NCBI GenBank assembly: GCA_002189035.1
Contig: NEEC01000010.1
Location: 1,240,001 to 1,304,000, forward strand
DNA length: 64,000 nucleotides
Reading direction: 5' to 3'
Source: Utricularia gibba
Lineage: Eukaryota > Plantae > Magnoliophyta
Made by a program: the position numbers and the translations under genes. How positions within the stretch are numbered: position 1 is the stretch's first letter; every line of letters starts with the position of its first letter. The notes under the pieces were generated by a model, which saw only the letters and a program-made list of their open reading frames with translations, had not been told where the DNA came from and ran no database searches. Of this stretch, positions 10,267 through 22,126 are shown one piece after another.

Positions 10267-13200
10267 CTATGAAGTTGAGTTCTGTCTCATCCATTTGGTG
10301 GCCGACCATTTCTCCCCCGAGACTACTTCACATCCACCATGTAGACTCTTTGGATCCGTTTTCCCATCCAGCCCCTGAACCAGAAGATTACACCAGGCAT
10401 TATCAGCACAGACCCCATGCTCAGGAAAAGCACAGCATCTTCATTCATGTTTTATGCATCGAGTTGAGGAGAGGAACAAACCATGCTCCAGAAAAGCACA
10501 GCATCTCCCTTGTTTGGCTTCACGCACAGTCCTGTCACTATTTTCCCACCACAACTGCATTTGCCAGTTCCAGCCTGAAATCATAGCGGATTCTGGGAGG
10601 TGAAAAACCGGGTTTCCTTCTTGTAGAGTAAAGAGCATATTAGATGCAAAACTCTAGAATGCATCATCCTAAGCATGTGAGCAACCCATCTCGGTGATCT
10701 GCAGTAAAGAAATATGGATCCAGAGAACCAATTCAAGGCACCTTTGGGAAGTATGTTTCACCTCCCTCGACAGTGTCGCTGAGATACATGAGCATGGTTG
10801 CAACTCTCTGTCCACCTGACCTTGTATTGAACTGTGGGAGGAACGTGGATCAAGTAAGGATGCAATGCAAGCCTACGCGAATGTACATTGGAAGGTCACT
10901 GGATACTTAACTGTATCAGAGAAGTAGTCATTGTGAGGTCTGTATAGCTGATCCTTTTCATACCTGTGCATCTGCAGATGTTAGCTCCCTATTACGATCA
11001 CAGCTGGTGAATATAAACCTCACCTCAAAACCTGTATACGCTCCCCATTTTCCACCGGTACTTGAGAAAAAACAGAGATTCTTTTCTCAATAGCCTGGAT
11101 GAATAAAGGATAAACAAAGTGCCCCAAGCCAGCAACATCAGATAATTAGATTGATGGAAGACAGAAAGTCTACAAAACAACCTTCTAGAACTAAAATATG
11201 CTAGTTGACACACACCATATAAATCCAGCTATTCCCTTTTATTTAAAATAATTAAAGGCTAACTTTCAGATGCTTCCACTCGTTGACCTTCTACTTCCTT
11301 TGGGACAAGGTTTCTGATCTGAACAATATTTTTCTAATTTATAATGAAGTCTGCGCTGAGATTATTAAAAAAAAAACAATTTGCAACACCCCCTAAATTC
11401 TATAAAACAGACGGCAAAAGGATCAAGTTTGACACATTCAGCAATATTCACAAAACCTGTATCATTGGATATTCTCTCTCTCGAGGAGTCAAGAACATGC
11501 CAGAGCTAGTTCTAACATTACTCTTCATACCCTGTGAAAGTAAGTGAGCACTCTAAGACAGATAATAAGAACTTCACAGCATGAACTTGTGATGCAGCTT
11601 GATGAAGATCTACGTTGAATAAGCTTAAGCGCAGTAGGGGGGCATCCTAACCTTACCTGTCCTGTTCTAGAATCTACAACAGTGGAAACCTGTAGACGTG
11701 GCTTAGCAATAGCCTTGAGATACTCACACTCCTGCAAAAAAAAAAGATTATGATAACAATTTAAATAAAAAACTGATGGGAACAAATTGTCCATTTGCTT
11801 AGAAATCAAAATGAACATGACAATATTTCGCAGATAAAACTCAGTCCAGCTTAAAGGCTCTTATTGAGTCAGCTCAGAATTTTCGAAAATTTTTCATGAC
11901 AAATACGAAATGTTTTTTTTTTTTTTTTTTTTTGTATATAATGACTACCAAACTTGGAGATCTATTCTGCCAGTTTGAAAAACCAACCTCATCACTTAAG
12001 AAGTTGTGAAATATGGTCATCCGAGGAGACCAACTAATTACTACTGGTTTTACCTGCAACACAATTTGGACACTGAAACATGTGACAGCAAATGCAAAGC
12101 AATTACCAAGAGGGTAGAAGACATCAAGGCCAAAGGAGAAACTCAAGACATTGAAATGCCAGAATCATTACTGGCATAACAACTCAATATGAAAAATAAT
12201 AATAACAATAATCAAGTTCGCAAACAAGGAAATGCCTATTCCAAAACTAAAACAAAATCATTATCTACATATCAAGGGAAATGTAAATTATGGATGAAAG
12301 TTCCTGCAGAGGATTAGTTGTTCAGTCCACGCAACGAGATGTTCAAAATTAGCCCTTGAGAAAAAAAAAGTAGCCTTTTCCATGATTAAAACAGCTTGCT
12401 GCAAAAGAAAAATTATCAAGTAGCTGAAGCATGGTGGGCGTGGAAGTACTGGTCCCATCAAATTTTGTCCCTCGTGATCACATATATATAGAATCGAACA
12501 GAATTTTTACTAAAAACACTGATGGAAGACAACTGCATATTTAAAACTACAAAAAACCAAAAGGTTCAAAAGAATGAAAAGACAGCATACATATCCAAGA
12601 CGCAGCATGGCGGCTTCATTGTCGTTCCAGAAAGACAACCCTGAAAAAATACATGACAATAAATTAGCTGGTGATTCGAAATACAGTAGGATTTAAAATT
12701 CAGGAGTTCTGTTGATGAATTTGATCCATACACACTAGCAGCAACACAAAATATCAGGTACATGTACTACCTCCAGTAAACCTTCGTGAATTTGTCAATG
12801 ATGATTCAGCCCCTGCAAGCCAAAGTTCTCTAAAAGAGTAACTTTGTGAGTGGAGTAATCACATGTGCACACTTCTCAAACACATCTAAGGCACATAACG
12901 GTCAAATACAATAACGTAAAGCATAGATCAGGTTCTGAGAAACAAATCCTTTTGGAGAGATCTACCATATGTATCCTCCAGCTTCCTGATAAATGCGAAC
13001 TGAATCAATGCACCTGATCACAGGAAAAGCACAGCACCATGAATAGTTGAAAGGAAATGAAAAATGAAAAATAATTAAAAGGGCACAAGTCAAATGTTGG
13101 ACTCAGAAGCTAGAAAATATGTATAGACCTTGACGTGTGTTCAGAATTCCAACAGAAGAGTAGAAATTTCAGGAACAGGCAGCATCAGAAGCAAACGCAA

Positions 13201-13410
13201 TGCTGTCATCGAAAAACTCCCGGATACAAACAGCTACCCACATCAAAGCACAAAAAAACGCACGACACTAAACGGCATCAAAATAGCCCACGTTTAACAG
13301 ATCATCACTGTTGAAACAATCATCCACTGTAAAGTGTAGCCCCTACCTATAATCATTCCGGCGGCCACGAATGCAACTAGGAAGAAGAAGAACCTCGTGT
13401 AGGAACCCAT
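10267..13410 (-). CDS. P4H1: Prolyl 4-hydroxylase 1 (2-oxoglutarate/Fe(II) dioxygenase)
   Basis: N-terminal signal anchor MGSYTRFFFFLVAFVAAGMIIG. Exons give ISWSPR, ECEYLKAIAKPRLQVSTVVD, VRTSSGMFL, RPHNDYF (HxD), GGQRVATMLMYLSD and SLHGGCEVVSGEKWSATKWMRQ. Confidence 0.96.
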
Positions 13411-13644
13411 TTCAATATAGTAAGACTCGAGTTTTCTTCTCAAGTCCGAAAGGGAACTTGGATAACGTCAAACGAGCAAGTTTTCACCGCCTTGTTATGC
13501 TTTTTCTTTTATAATCCCCCTTTTTTTTATTAATTACCTAGTCACAAGTCAACAAAGGTAACTTCGATTACGTCCCGAAGAAGCTTTAGGCGGGAAGAAG
13601 GAGCCCCAGGCAGAAAGTTCTGTTCTTTACCGCAGATTGCACCA

Positions 13645-16600
13645 ATGGATATTGATCCTGATGACATTTTTCGTGACGACGAGGAGGAGGAGGATGATTT
13701 TTACCAGGTCAAAAGTCCCTTTTCTTGCAGTTACTTTTACATCCTATTTCTTTTGCTGAAGAAGTGCTCTAAAGATGCGCAGGATAGGAATGTTACCAAA
13801 GAGATGGTCGTTTATTTGGTTGACGCGTCTCCTAAAATGTTCTCAACTTCTTGCCGCTCAGTTGGGTTCTTTTCCTCTTTCGGTAGTTGTATTAATTATC
13901 CAGTTTCCGAGTAAAGCCAATGAATGGTGGTGTTGAATGATTTCTGCATATTGCAGGAGGATAATAGTGATTCAAGCCACTTTGAAATCGTTGTGAATGG
14001 GATTGCGGAGTCACTGAAGACTCAAATAATTAATAGGTCTTATGATGAAGCTGCAATATGCTTCTACAATACTGTAAGTTAGCTCTTTGACTGACATATA
14101 TGAACCATCCTGATCAAAATATATTCAGTACCGTTTTTATCATCTTTATTTCCTGATTCTGCTGCATACTGTTTTTTTATCTCTTCATGTTTCCCAATGT
14201 GAGTTTCTCAACTCCTGGATGAGGACATAAGTTGAAGGACCTTAATTTGTTCTATATTGTATTTTTTATTTGTTACAGAGGGAGAAAAAGAATTTGCAGG
14301 ATGTCAGTGGCGTATATGTATATAATGTTCCTGAGCGAGATGATCTAGACCGGATTACTGCAACCCTTATTAAAGAGTTTGACTGCATTCTGAGTCAGTT
14401 GGAATCCTTTAGTTTCGATTACCTGGATGAATTGGCACCTGATCTGCTGCAAAATTATTTATTTTCTTTCATTTCTCTGCATCCCAAAGCCCCTAAGTTG
14501 GTGGATCACAGATAGACGTTGACATCATGAAATCATGTACAGATACATTCAGTAAGCAAATCGGGAGCAAATTCGGCATTTCATCTGAAACACGTGAAAA
14601 TTCTCTTTACAATGCTCTTTGGGTTGTGCAGGCACTGCTGCGGAAGGGGTTAGTTACTGCTTCGTAACTCTTGTTGTTATAAACAAGAAAGTATTATAAG
14701 AAAGTTCTCATTTGATTTGTGATGCTGTATTTTCCTTTACATTTTTTTATTGAGAATTTTCGGTTCAATATTAAGATGTTGGTTCTTTGTTTGCACCAGC
14801 TCGGCAAAGAGATCAGAGAAAAGGATTCTATTGTTCACAAATGAAGATGATCCCTTCGGTAGTCTCAAGGGAGTGACTAAAATTGACATGATGAGGACAA
14901 CTCTCCAGCGAGCTCAAGTTGGTGCCTCCATTTTTATCCTTTTGTTATGGTTGAGGCACTTTTCATAGTTCTTTGTTCCATGAAGAATTGGAACGTTAAC
15001 AGTTTTAAATAAGTTAATGAAGTCATTTCTCAGGATGCTCGAGATTGTGGCATCTCAGTTGAACTTCTTCCACTGAGTACACCTGATGACGAATTCAAGT
15101 TGTCAACATTTTATGCTGTAAGGCTGTAGATATATTTGATTTATGTTAATTCTCGTATTTTCCCGTATCCCTTAGGTGCTTGATTGATTTTAAGTTTATG
15201 TAGGATTTACTGGAATTGGAAGGGAACGATTTGGCAGAATTCAAAGCCCTAGCAGCAGAGAGGTTCCCATTTTCTCACTTACAATGCTAGCTTGCTAATA
15301 AGTGCTAGGATTGATCATCTGCAGACGTCTGTGGTTGCTGCCTTTTTTTGTCCTGCTCTTACCAGGCTTGAAGATATGAAAGGCCAGCTAAGAAAGCGTT
15401 TTTTCCGAAAGCGCAAAGTAAAAAGAATTTATTTTGTTATTGCCCCTGGAGTATCCATTGAAGTAAATACCTATGCTTTAGTCCGTCCATCAAATCCAGG
15501 TCTGTTCCTTGTGTGAATTCCATCATTGCTCTCAAGTTCATATGGCATTTACATTTCCACGCTCGACTCAGGGGGTATCACTTGGCTTGACTCTGTAACC
15601 AACCTTCCCATAAAGGTTATCATATTTTTGAAATGATGAACTTATTTATTCTAACTTTGCAATAAGCAACTGATCTCTGAGGCATCAAGCTCTTGGGAGT
15701 ACTCTTTTGCAGGTAGAAAGATCCTTTTTCTGCTCTGACACTGGAGCCCAATTGCAGGGGCCTGTGAAACGGTTTCAAACATATAAGAAGTAATATGGTT
15801 TTTTAGTATAAGCTTTTTGAGTCACTGAATAGCAAAATTTGATGTCCAGCTTTGTATTTCTGCCCTGGATATTTTATTGGCTGGTTCATGCATTCGCCTG
15901 ACTACTCTGCTGCTGAGCTTTGGATACATTAAATCATCTGAATGTATACAATTGTTAGAAGGTTTGGATAAATAGTTACAACTTGAATCCAACGTTCTAA
16001 TTTATTGATGAAGCAATAATAGTCATATTAAACTTTCAAAGGGTTCTTGTTTCTCAACCACCAAATGTTTTGTACTTCTACATTTTCCTGTTTCTGTGTA
16101 CCTGAGAATTTTCTTTTCAATTAGGCCTGTGATTTCCGATTGAGTAATATATCTTTTGGATCTTCAGTCAGAACATCATGCTCACTGTAGATGAGGTATC
16201 TGAAATAAAGAGGGCATCCCCTGGAAACCTTCGTCTCCTTGGTTTCAAGCCACTAAATTGCTTAAAGGACTATCACAACATAAGGCCATCTACCTTTATT
16301 TTTCCAAGTGATGAGGTTCATCTGCTCACCTCTCTTTTTGTTTTCTTAGTTGAAGTGTTGAATTATGTCTCCCTCAGTTTCTGGGCATGCATGTGATAAT
16401 GCCTGTGTTTGTGCATCATGCCTTTGTGGCATTCCTGGCATGTAAAGATTTAGATGGTCTTCCATGATTTACGAAAGAAATGTGAAGGGATAGGTGGACA
16501 TGCTAGATGTTGTGTGAAGCAGGAAGCTTGATGTGAATGGTCATAATTTACAATAACAGTGAGTGGTCAATGGAAAATTTATCAAAATCTTACTTTGTGA

Positions 16601-18537
16601 TTCGCAGGAAGTGATTGGAAGCACTAGAGTATTCATCGCTCTCCACAGATCTATGTTGCGCCTGAAACGGTGAGTTCATTTTCTGTGAAACAGTTATTTA
16701 GATTTTTCAGTAGGTTTAACTAGGAGAATGAGATGAAATCAGTTTCTCTCGGTGAATGCAAGTTTTTTACTATATGTTATGCTCTTTTTTCTGCTTTTGG
16801 AGTTCGACTCAAATTTACACCTTACATATTGATGCCTTTGGACACACATATGGGGAGATGGAGAGGCCTTCAAGCATACAGGAATGACTTTTATTTCCTT
16901 GATCTTCATATTGAGCTCGAGAGTATGCATAAATTTAATGCTTGAATTATCAAATGGGGGATAAATGTGATAGTCATACCACATGAAATGTGTAGAGATT
17001 TTAGGCAATATTGCGTTTTCTCCTTGGTAGATAAAACTTCTAATCTAACTTGTATACTTCTATGGATCTCTCTGGGCCACAGTTTTGCAGTTGCTTTTTA
17101 TGGAAGCATCACTCACTCTCAGTTGGTTGCTTTAGTTGCCCAGGTAAGGCACGGCTTTCATTAACTTGTCATTATGCTTTTCTGGCGTTATGTGTTTATT
17201 GTTGCTTCAGGCATGATGTTAAACATTGCATCCTGCATGTATTTGAACAACAAACCGTGTATAGCTGTACTCATTAGCAAAGGTTTTAAGTTCAGGAACA
17301 ACCTCTCAGTCGTGCAATTTCTCTGAAAATAGTGAAAACAGAACTGGAGTGTAGTGTCCGTCTAGCAAAACTAATGAAGAGAATTTAGTTGATGCATCAA
17401 ACCCTGCATGGTTGTGTATTTTGTACTAGAACTGAGTTCGTTGAGTCACGTTGGTATGATTATTTTCTTGGCCTAGGCATCCACCAAATGCTGAACCTAA
17501 ATTCCAATAATTTAGTTTGTACCTTCTGATGACAGGATGAGATAGTCAATTCTGGTGGACAGGTTGAGCCACCAGGAATGTATATGATTTATCTTCCATA
17601 CTCTAATGATATCAGATCAATTGAAGAGGTTGAGTGCTTTGTAGCTCTATGTTCTTAGTAAAAAATACAGCAAAAGAACTAAAAATATGGGTTTGCAGCG
17701 GATTTCTGAGAATAATCATGTGGTGCCTCGTGCAACTGAAGACCAGATAAAGGTTGCTACTTCCTTGGTGAAGCGCATTGACTTGAAAGATTTTTCAGTT
17801 TGCCAGTTTTCGAATCCCGGTATTCCATATTTGATGAGCAGATATATCAGTGGTGTAGCCGGTAATTTATTGTGATCACCCTCCTTCCCTTTACAGCCTT
17901 GCAAAGACACTATGCAGTACTACAGGCCCTCGCCCTGGGCGAAGATGACATCCCAGAAATCAAAGATGAAACTCTCCCTGATGAAGAAGGCCTTTCTCGG
18001 TAAGCAGCTAACTTCAACATCAGCATTGCATGATGAGATTTGAAATCTGTGTTTTTGACACATTTTGAGTCCCCTCTTCAAGGCCTGGTATTGTGAAAGC
18101 TTTGGAGGACTTCAAATTGTCGGTCTACGGAAATGACTATGAAGAAGAAACCGAGTTGACGTCTTCAAAATTCCCGAAAAAGAGGAAAGGGGGTGCTGAT
18201 GATGCGCCAAAAAGTTATGCAAATTATGACTGGTCTGCTCTTGCAGACAAAGGGGAGGTGATTCTGCTTTTCCCTCTCTGTTTAAACATACCCCCATGAA
18301 TTTTTTGTACAGCTTTTTGACACAAAATTGAAATCCTGGTATTTGAACCATGATCTGATGTTTAGCTGCTTCCCATTTGGATAAGCCAGCTAAAAACTAT
18401 CTTCTGCGTTGCTTTTTGTGCAGTTGAACAGTTTAACCGTGGAGCAACTCAAATGCTATCTGAGCACAAACAGCTTGCCTGTGTCTGGGAAAAAGGAGGC
18501 TCTCATCAGCAGGATTTTGAATCACATAGGTAAATGA
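13645..18537 (+). CDS. KU70: ATP-dependent DNA helicase 2 subunit KU70 (NHEJ)
   Basis: 19 GT-AG exons read in frame: EMVVYLVDASPKMF, RILLFTNEDDPFG, LRLLGFKPL, EPPGMYMIYLPYSNDIR, FSNPALQRHYAVLQAL, and a C-terminal SAP domain LTVEQLKCYL...GKKEALISRI. TGA ends at 18537. Confidence 0.97.
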
Positions 18538-18783
18538 GACAGCCCCGTAGATAGCTATCATCAAGTCCACGTGCATGATTTTGAATAGAGATCTCTGAAT
18601 GAAGTGGGGTGTTGAACTTCTTGTCCGAGAGCTGGAGCTGTGTTTTTTATACGGTGCATGCGTGGATTTTGTTGAGGAGCCCTTCGGGTCTGCTTTGGGT
18701 TCGATGCTAACGTAAACTTCAGTGTATTATTCAGTGAAATAGTAGAGTTTGGTACGACAACGATCTTAGTTCGCGAACGGGTG

Positions 18784-20001
18784 ATGGCGCCGGCGCTTCA
18801 ATTCGCCGCCGTGGCGGTGCGCCGCCTGGGCTGCCGTAGGAATCACATTCGGAGCTTCATCAACGTCAGAATCAAATGGGTTCGCGATCCTTACCTCGAT
18901 TTCGCGGTTGAAAGAGAGAAGAATCTCAAACCTGTAATTTCTCTAAAAAATTTGATTCTTTCTCAGCCCTCTCAGACTCTTGCCCTCTCCGCCATCTCCC
19001 GTCTCAAGCCCGTTCTCCAACTCCCTACTGCCGCCGAGAGGTTTATCCGAGATTATCCGTTGATTTTCAAGGTTTTCTTGCCCAGGGGAAAACCGAATCC
19101 TCTGCCTCACGTTAAGGTTACTGACAGGGTGCTTTCTCTGCACCATGAAGAAGCTTTGATACTGGGTATGTCGCATTATCGACTAGATGCGGCTCGGAGG
19201 CTAGCTAAGCTTCTGATGGTGGCGCGATGCGGAAAGCTTCCACTGTGGTTGATTGATATGTTCAGGTATGATTTGGGTTTGCCACATGATTATGTGTTGA
19301 ATTTCTTGGTGGAATTTCCTGAATACTTCCAGATTTGTGAGCTGGGGACTGAAGAAGCGAGTGGAGAAGTGGTTTTCGGGTTGGAACTGGTGTCTTGGCA
19401 AAATGAATTAGCTGTGTCAACGATGCAGAGCAAAAGAGAAGAAAACAAAACGACGCATGTAAGGTATTCGATGAATTTACCCAAAGGCTTTGACCTTCAG
19501 GCAAGGGTAGTTGAATGGTTGGAGAATTGGCATGACTTGCCTTACATTTCCCCTTACGAAAACGCACTGCACTTGGCACCTAACTGCGATCATTCTGAGA
19601 GATGGGCAGTTGGTGTCATCCATGAAGTGCTAAGCTTACTGGTATCCAAGAAAACCGAAAGAAATAACCTGTTTCATCTAGCTGACTTCCTGGGCATCGG
19701 TAGATTGAGGTTTAAGAAAGCGTTAGTGCATTTTCCTGGTATTTTCTATGTTTCGAACAAGATCAGAACTCAAACAGTGGTGCTCAGGGAAGCGTACAGA
19801 AAGAATATGTTGGTTGAGAGGCATCCTTTGATGGACACGAGAAACAACTATTTGCATGTGATGAATTTGGTTTTGAGGAGAGGAAAGCCTTTTGACAGTA
19901 GAGTTAACTCAGCTGCTGCTAGGCGAAAAAACTCAGTTTCTTCTCAGAAGCGACTTTCAGAATACAACGTGTGGTGGGGGAGAGAGCAAACAGACGGGTG
20001 A
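18784..20001 (+). CDS. Plant organelle RNA recognition (PORR) domain protein, WTF9/WTF1-like, intronless
   Basis: Transit-peptide-like N-terminus, INVRIKWVRDPYLD, RLAKLLM, DLGLPHDY, WHDLPYISPY, SERWAVGVIHEVLSLLVSKKTER, FPGIFYVSNKIRTQTVVLREAY. Confidence 0.93.
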   Translation: MAPALQFAAVAVRRLGCRRNHIRSFINVRIKWVRDPYLDFAVEREKNLKPVISLKNLILSQPSQTLALSAISRLKPVLQLPTAAERFIRDYPLIFKVFLPRGKPNPLPHVKVTDRVLSLHHEEALILGMSHYRLDAARRLAKLLMVARCGKLPLWLIDMFRYDLGLPHDYVLNFLVEFPEYFQICELGTEEASGEVVFGLELVSWQNELAVSTMQSKREENKTTHVRYSMNLPKGFDLQARVVEWLENWHDLPYISPYENALHLAPNCDHSERWAVGVIHEVLSLLVSKKTERNNLFHLADFLGIGRLRFKKALVHFPGIFYVSNKIRTQTVVLREAYRKNMLVERHPLMDTRNNYLHVMNLVLRRGKPFDSRVNSAAARRKNSVSSQKRLSEYNVWWGREQTDG

Positions 20002-20273
20002 GCCACATGTGCATATTCAGGCTATTCAATTCTTTCTCTGAGGGATGAGGCACATCAAATAGGAGATGTGGGGTGTCATCTTCAATACATGAGATCTAAA
20101 TTCAGCCCCTGCACAACCAAAAGCATGGGAGGAAGAGGCAACTTGGGGGAGCAATCATGGCAAGCATGATAACTGAAGTCTCCCTAAGCATCTAGAACAA
20201 AGATATTCCATCCATGAAAAGAGGAATGCGTTCCTCGATTGTCTAGGCGACTACCAACATCAGCCAAATCACG

Positions 20274-21425
20274 GCCATTTTGTTAAAGTGCCTGTGTCAG
20301 TTTAAAAAATTTGTAAAAATGCCCGTGGTTTTTTTATACTTATGCAAATGTCTGTAGTTTTGTATTTTTTTTGTTAAAATACCTGTGTTCATATTATTTT
20401 TTTACATAAATTTGTTATTATTAAAAATATATGTAGTTTTTTAAATTGAAAACAAATTTTAATCATTTTCACTTTCTTTTTATATTTACTCAATAAAAAT
20501 TTAGAAATTTGACTAAATATTGTAATTACACATTTTATATACGTTTGTTTGTTTAGTAATAAAAATAGATTTGAAAAAATATTCGATATTTTGTACTAAT
20601 TTCGAGTTATATATTTATTTTTGTAACATTTGAAAATTTATGATATATTATATTAATTGTTTACTAAATTTGATAATATTTTGATTTTTAATAGTTTTTA
20701 CATATGAATACTTTTTGATACATTAACTTTTATTTGTCAAAATAGAAAAGTTCAAAAACTATACTTTTTTGTTTTGTTGGTACTAGGTAATTAAAAATGT
20801 AATCAGATTTACATTAATAAATTTTTAATATTCATCTAAATTCATGATAGTATTACAATTTTAGATTTTTTATTTCTTTAATCATTATTTTTTCTTTATT
20901 AACAAAATTCATCCATTTAAATATTCTTTTAGACAAATAATCAGCCCTTTTATTAAAATAAAAGTTTTTATGAAATTATCTTTTAATATTTTGTTATTAT
21001 GAAAAGTATTATAGTGTTTTCATCTTTTTTTAACATAAATTCATTATTATACTTGTAATTTTTATTGAAATTAAAAAATAAATTTAAAAGATCAACAATT
21101 TACTTTTGTATATTAATTCATGAACATTTAACTATTACTCTATTTATGTTTTATATTACTATTTTTGTTTTATATTTTTTAATTATTATTCTTTTTGTCA
21201 TTAAGAGTAATCCATCAAAATATTTTTTGATTAATAATAACTTTGAAATAAACTAATTTATCTTAATATATAATAGTATACATTTCAATAAAAATAAAAA
21301 TGAGTATTAAAGCATTAATTTCGAAATACCAGACATTTTTAAAAGAAAAAAAATTAAATCACAGATATTATGATGAAATAAAAAAAAACAACAAATATTT
21401 TGAAAAGAAAATTTTTTGACATGAC
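20274..21425. mobile_element. Mutator-like (MULE) non-autonomous element, about 1.15 kb
   Basis: 9-bp flanks CAAATCACG (20265-20273) and CAAATCACC (21426-21434). G...C ends, long decayed inverted termini, very AT-rich core. Confidence 0.6.
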
Positions 21426-21524
21426 CAAATCACCCTCTGCAATCTTTGACTTCTGGTATCAGTTGACATCAGCCAATATATGTTGTCAGTATGTGCCCCC
21501 TGGGAGAAATCCCAGATTTTTTAG

Positions 21525-21890
21525 CAATTTTAGCTGTACTTCATATGAAGGTGCATGACGCGCTGGGTTTATCCATGTACTTTCACAAATATATATTTAA
21601 CAAAAAAATTATAAAAAATATATAATTTTTTTTCTGTATAATTTTACTATAAGAAAAAATATATAATTTTTTTATTTAATATTACATTAAATATTAAAAA
21701 AATATTTTTTTATGTATTATGTATAAATATGAAATTAACATTAGTATATGAAATTTCATTAAAAATATCGATGTTAATATTAATATTAATATGCAAATGA
21801 AGTATCATTGGCACGTTTAAACCACGTTTTAACATAACATCAGGTGTTTTGCAAACAATTTGTAAAAAGTACAGGTGTACAGCTAATTAA
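21525..21890. mobile_element. MULE/MITE-like remnant
   Basis: Inverted TTAGCTGTAC...GTACTTTCACAAAT versus ATTTGTAAAAAGTAC...GTACAGCTAA. TATGAAGGTGCATG occurs near both ends. Confidence 0.35.
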
Positions 21891-22126
21891 CTATGAAGGT
21901 GCATGTATAAGTAGATTCTCTTTATCTCCATTTTGACTGCACAATACATTCCCTTTTCTGCATGGCAGGATGCATCTCTGACTTGCAATAACAAGTGTTT
22001 TAAAATTATTAAGTGATGTTGGTGGATGGGCTCATGCCTATGAAAGTACAAGTACGGAAACCCTAACTTCCTTCCTATAAGTAGAAGCCCCAGCCAAGCA
22101 ACCGACCACCACCTTCTTCTACGGCC

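Noticed and set aside
11913-11933. T21 tract in a P4H1 intron as a retroposon poly(A) tail
   Set aside because: No TSD or SINE/LINE body is recognisable; treated as a simple homopolymer.
13584-13600. SOG1 (CTT-N7-AAG) or E2F site in the KU70 promoter
   Set aside because: Spacing is N8, and CTTCCCGC deviates from the E2F consensus.
18670-18715. GGTTCGAT, a tRNA T-loop-like motif between KU70 and PORR
   Set aside because: No T-stem, A-box or cloverleaf.
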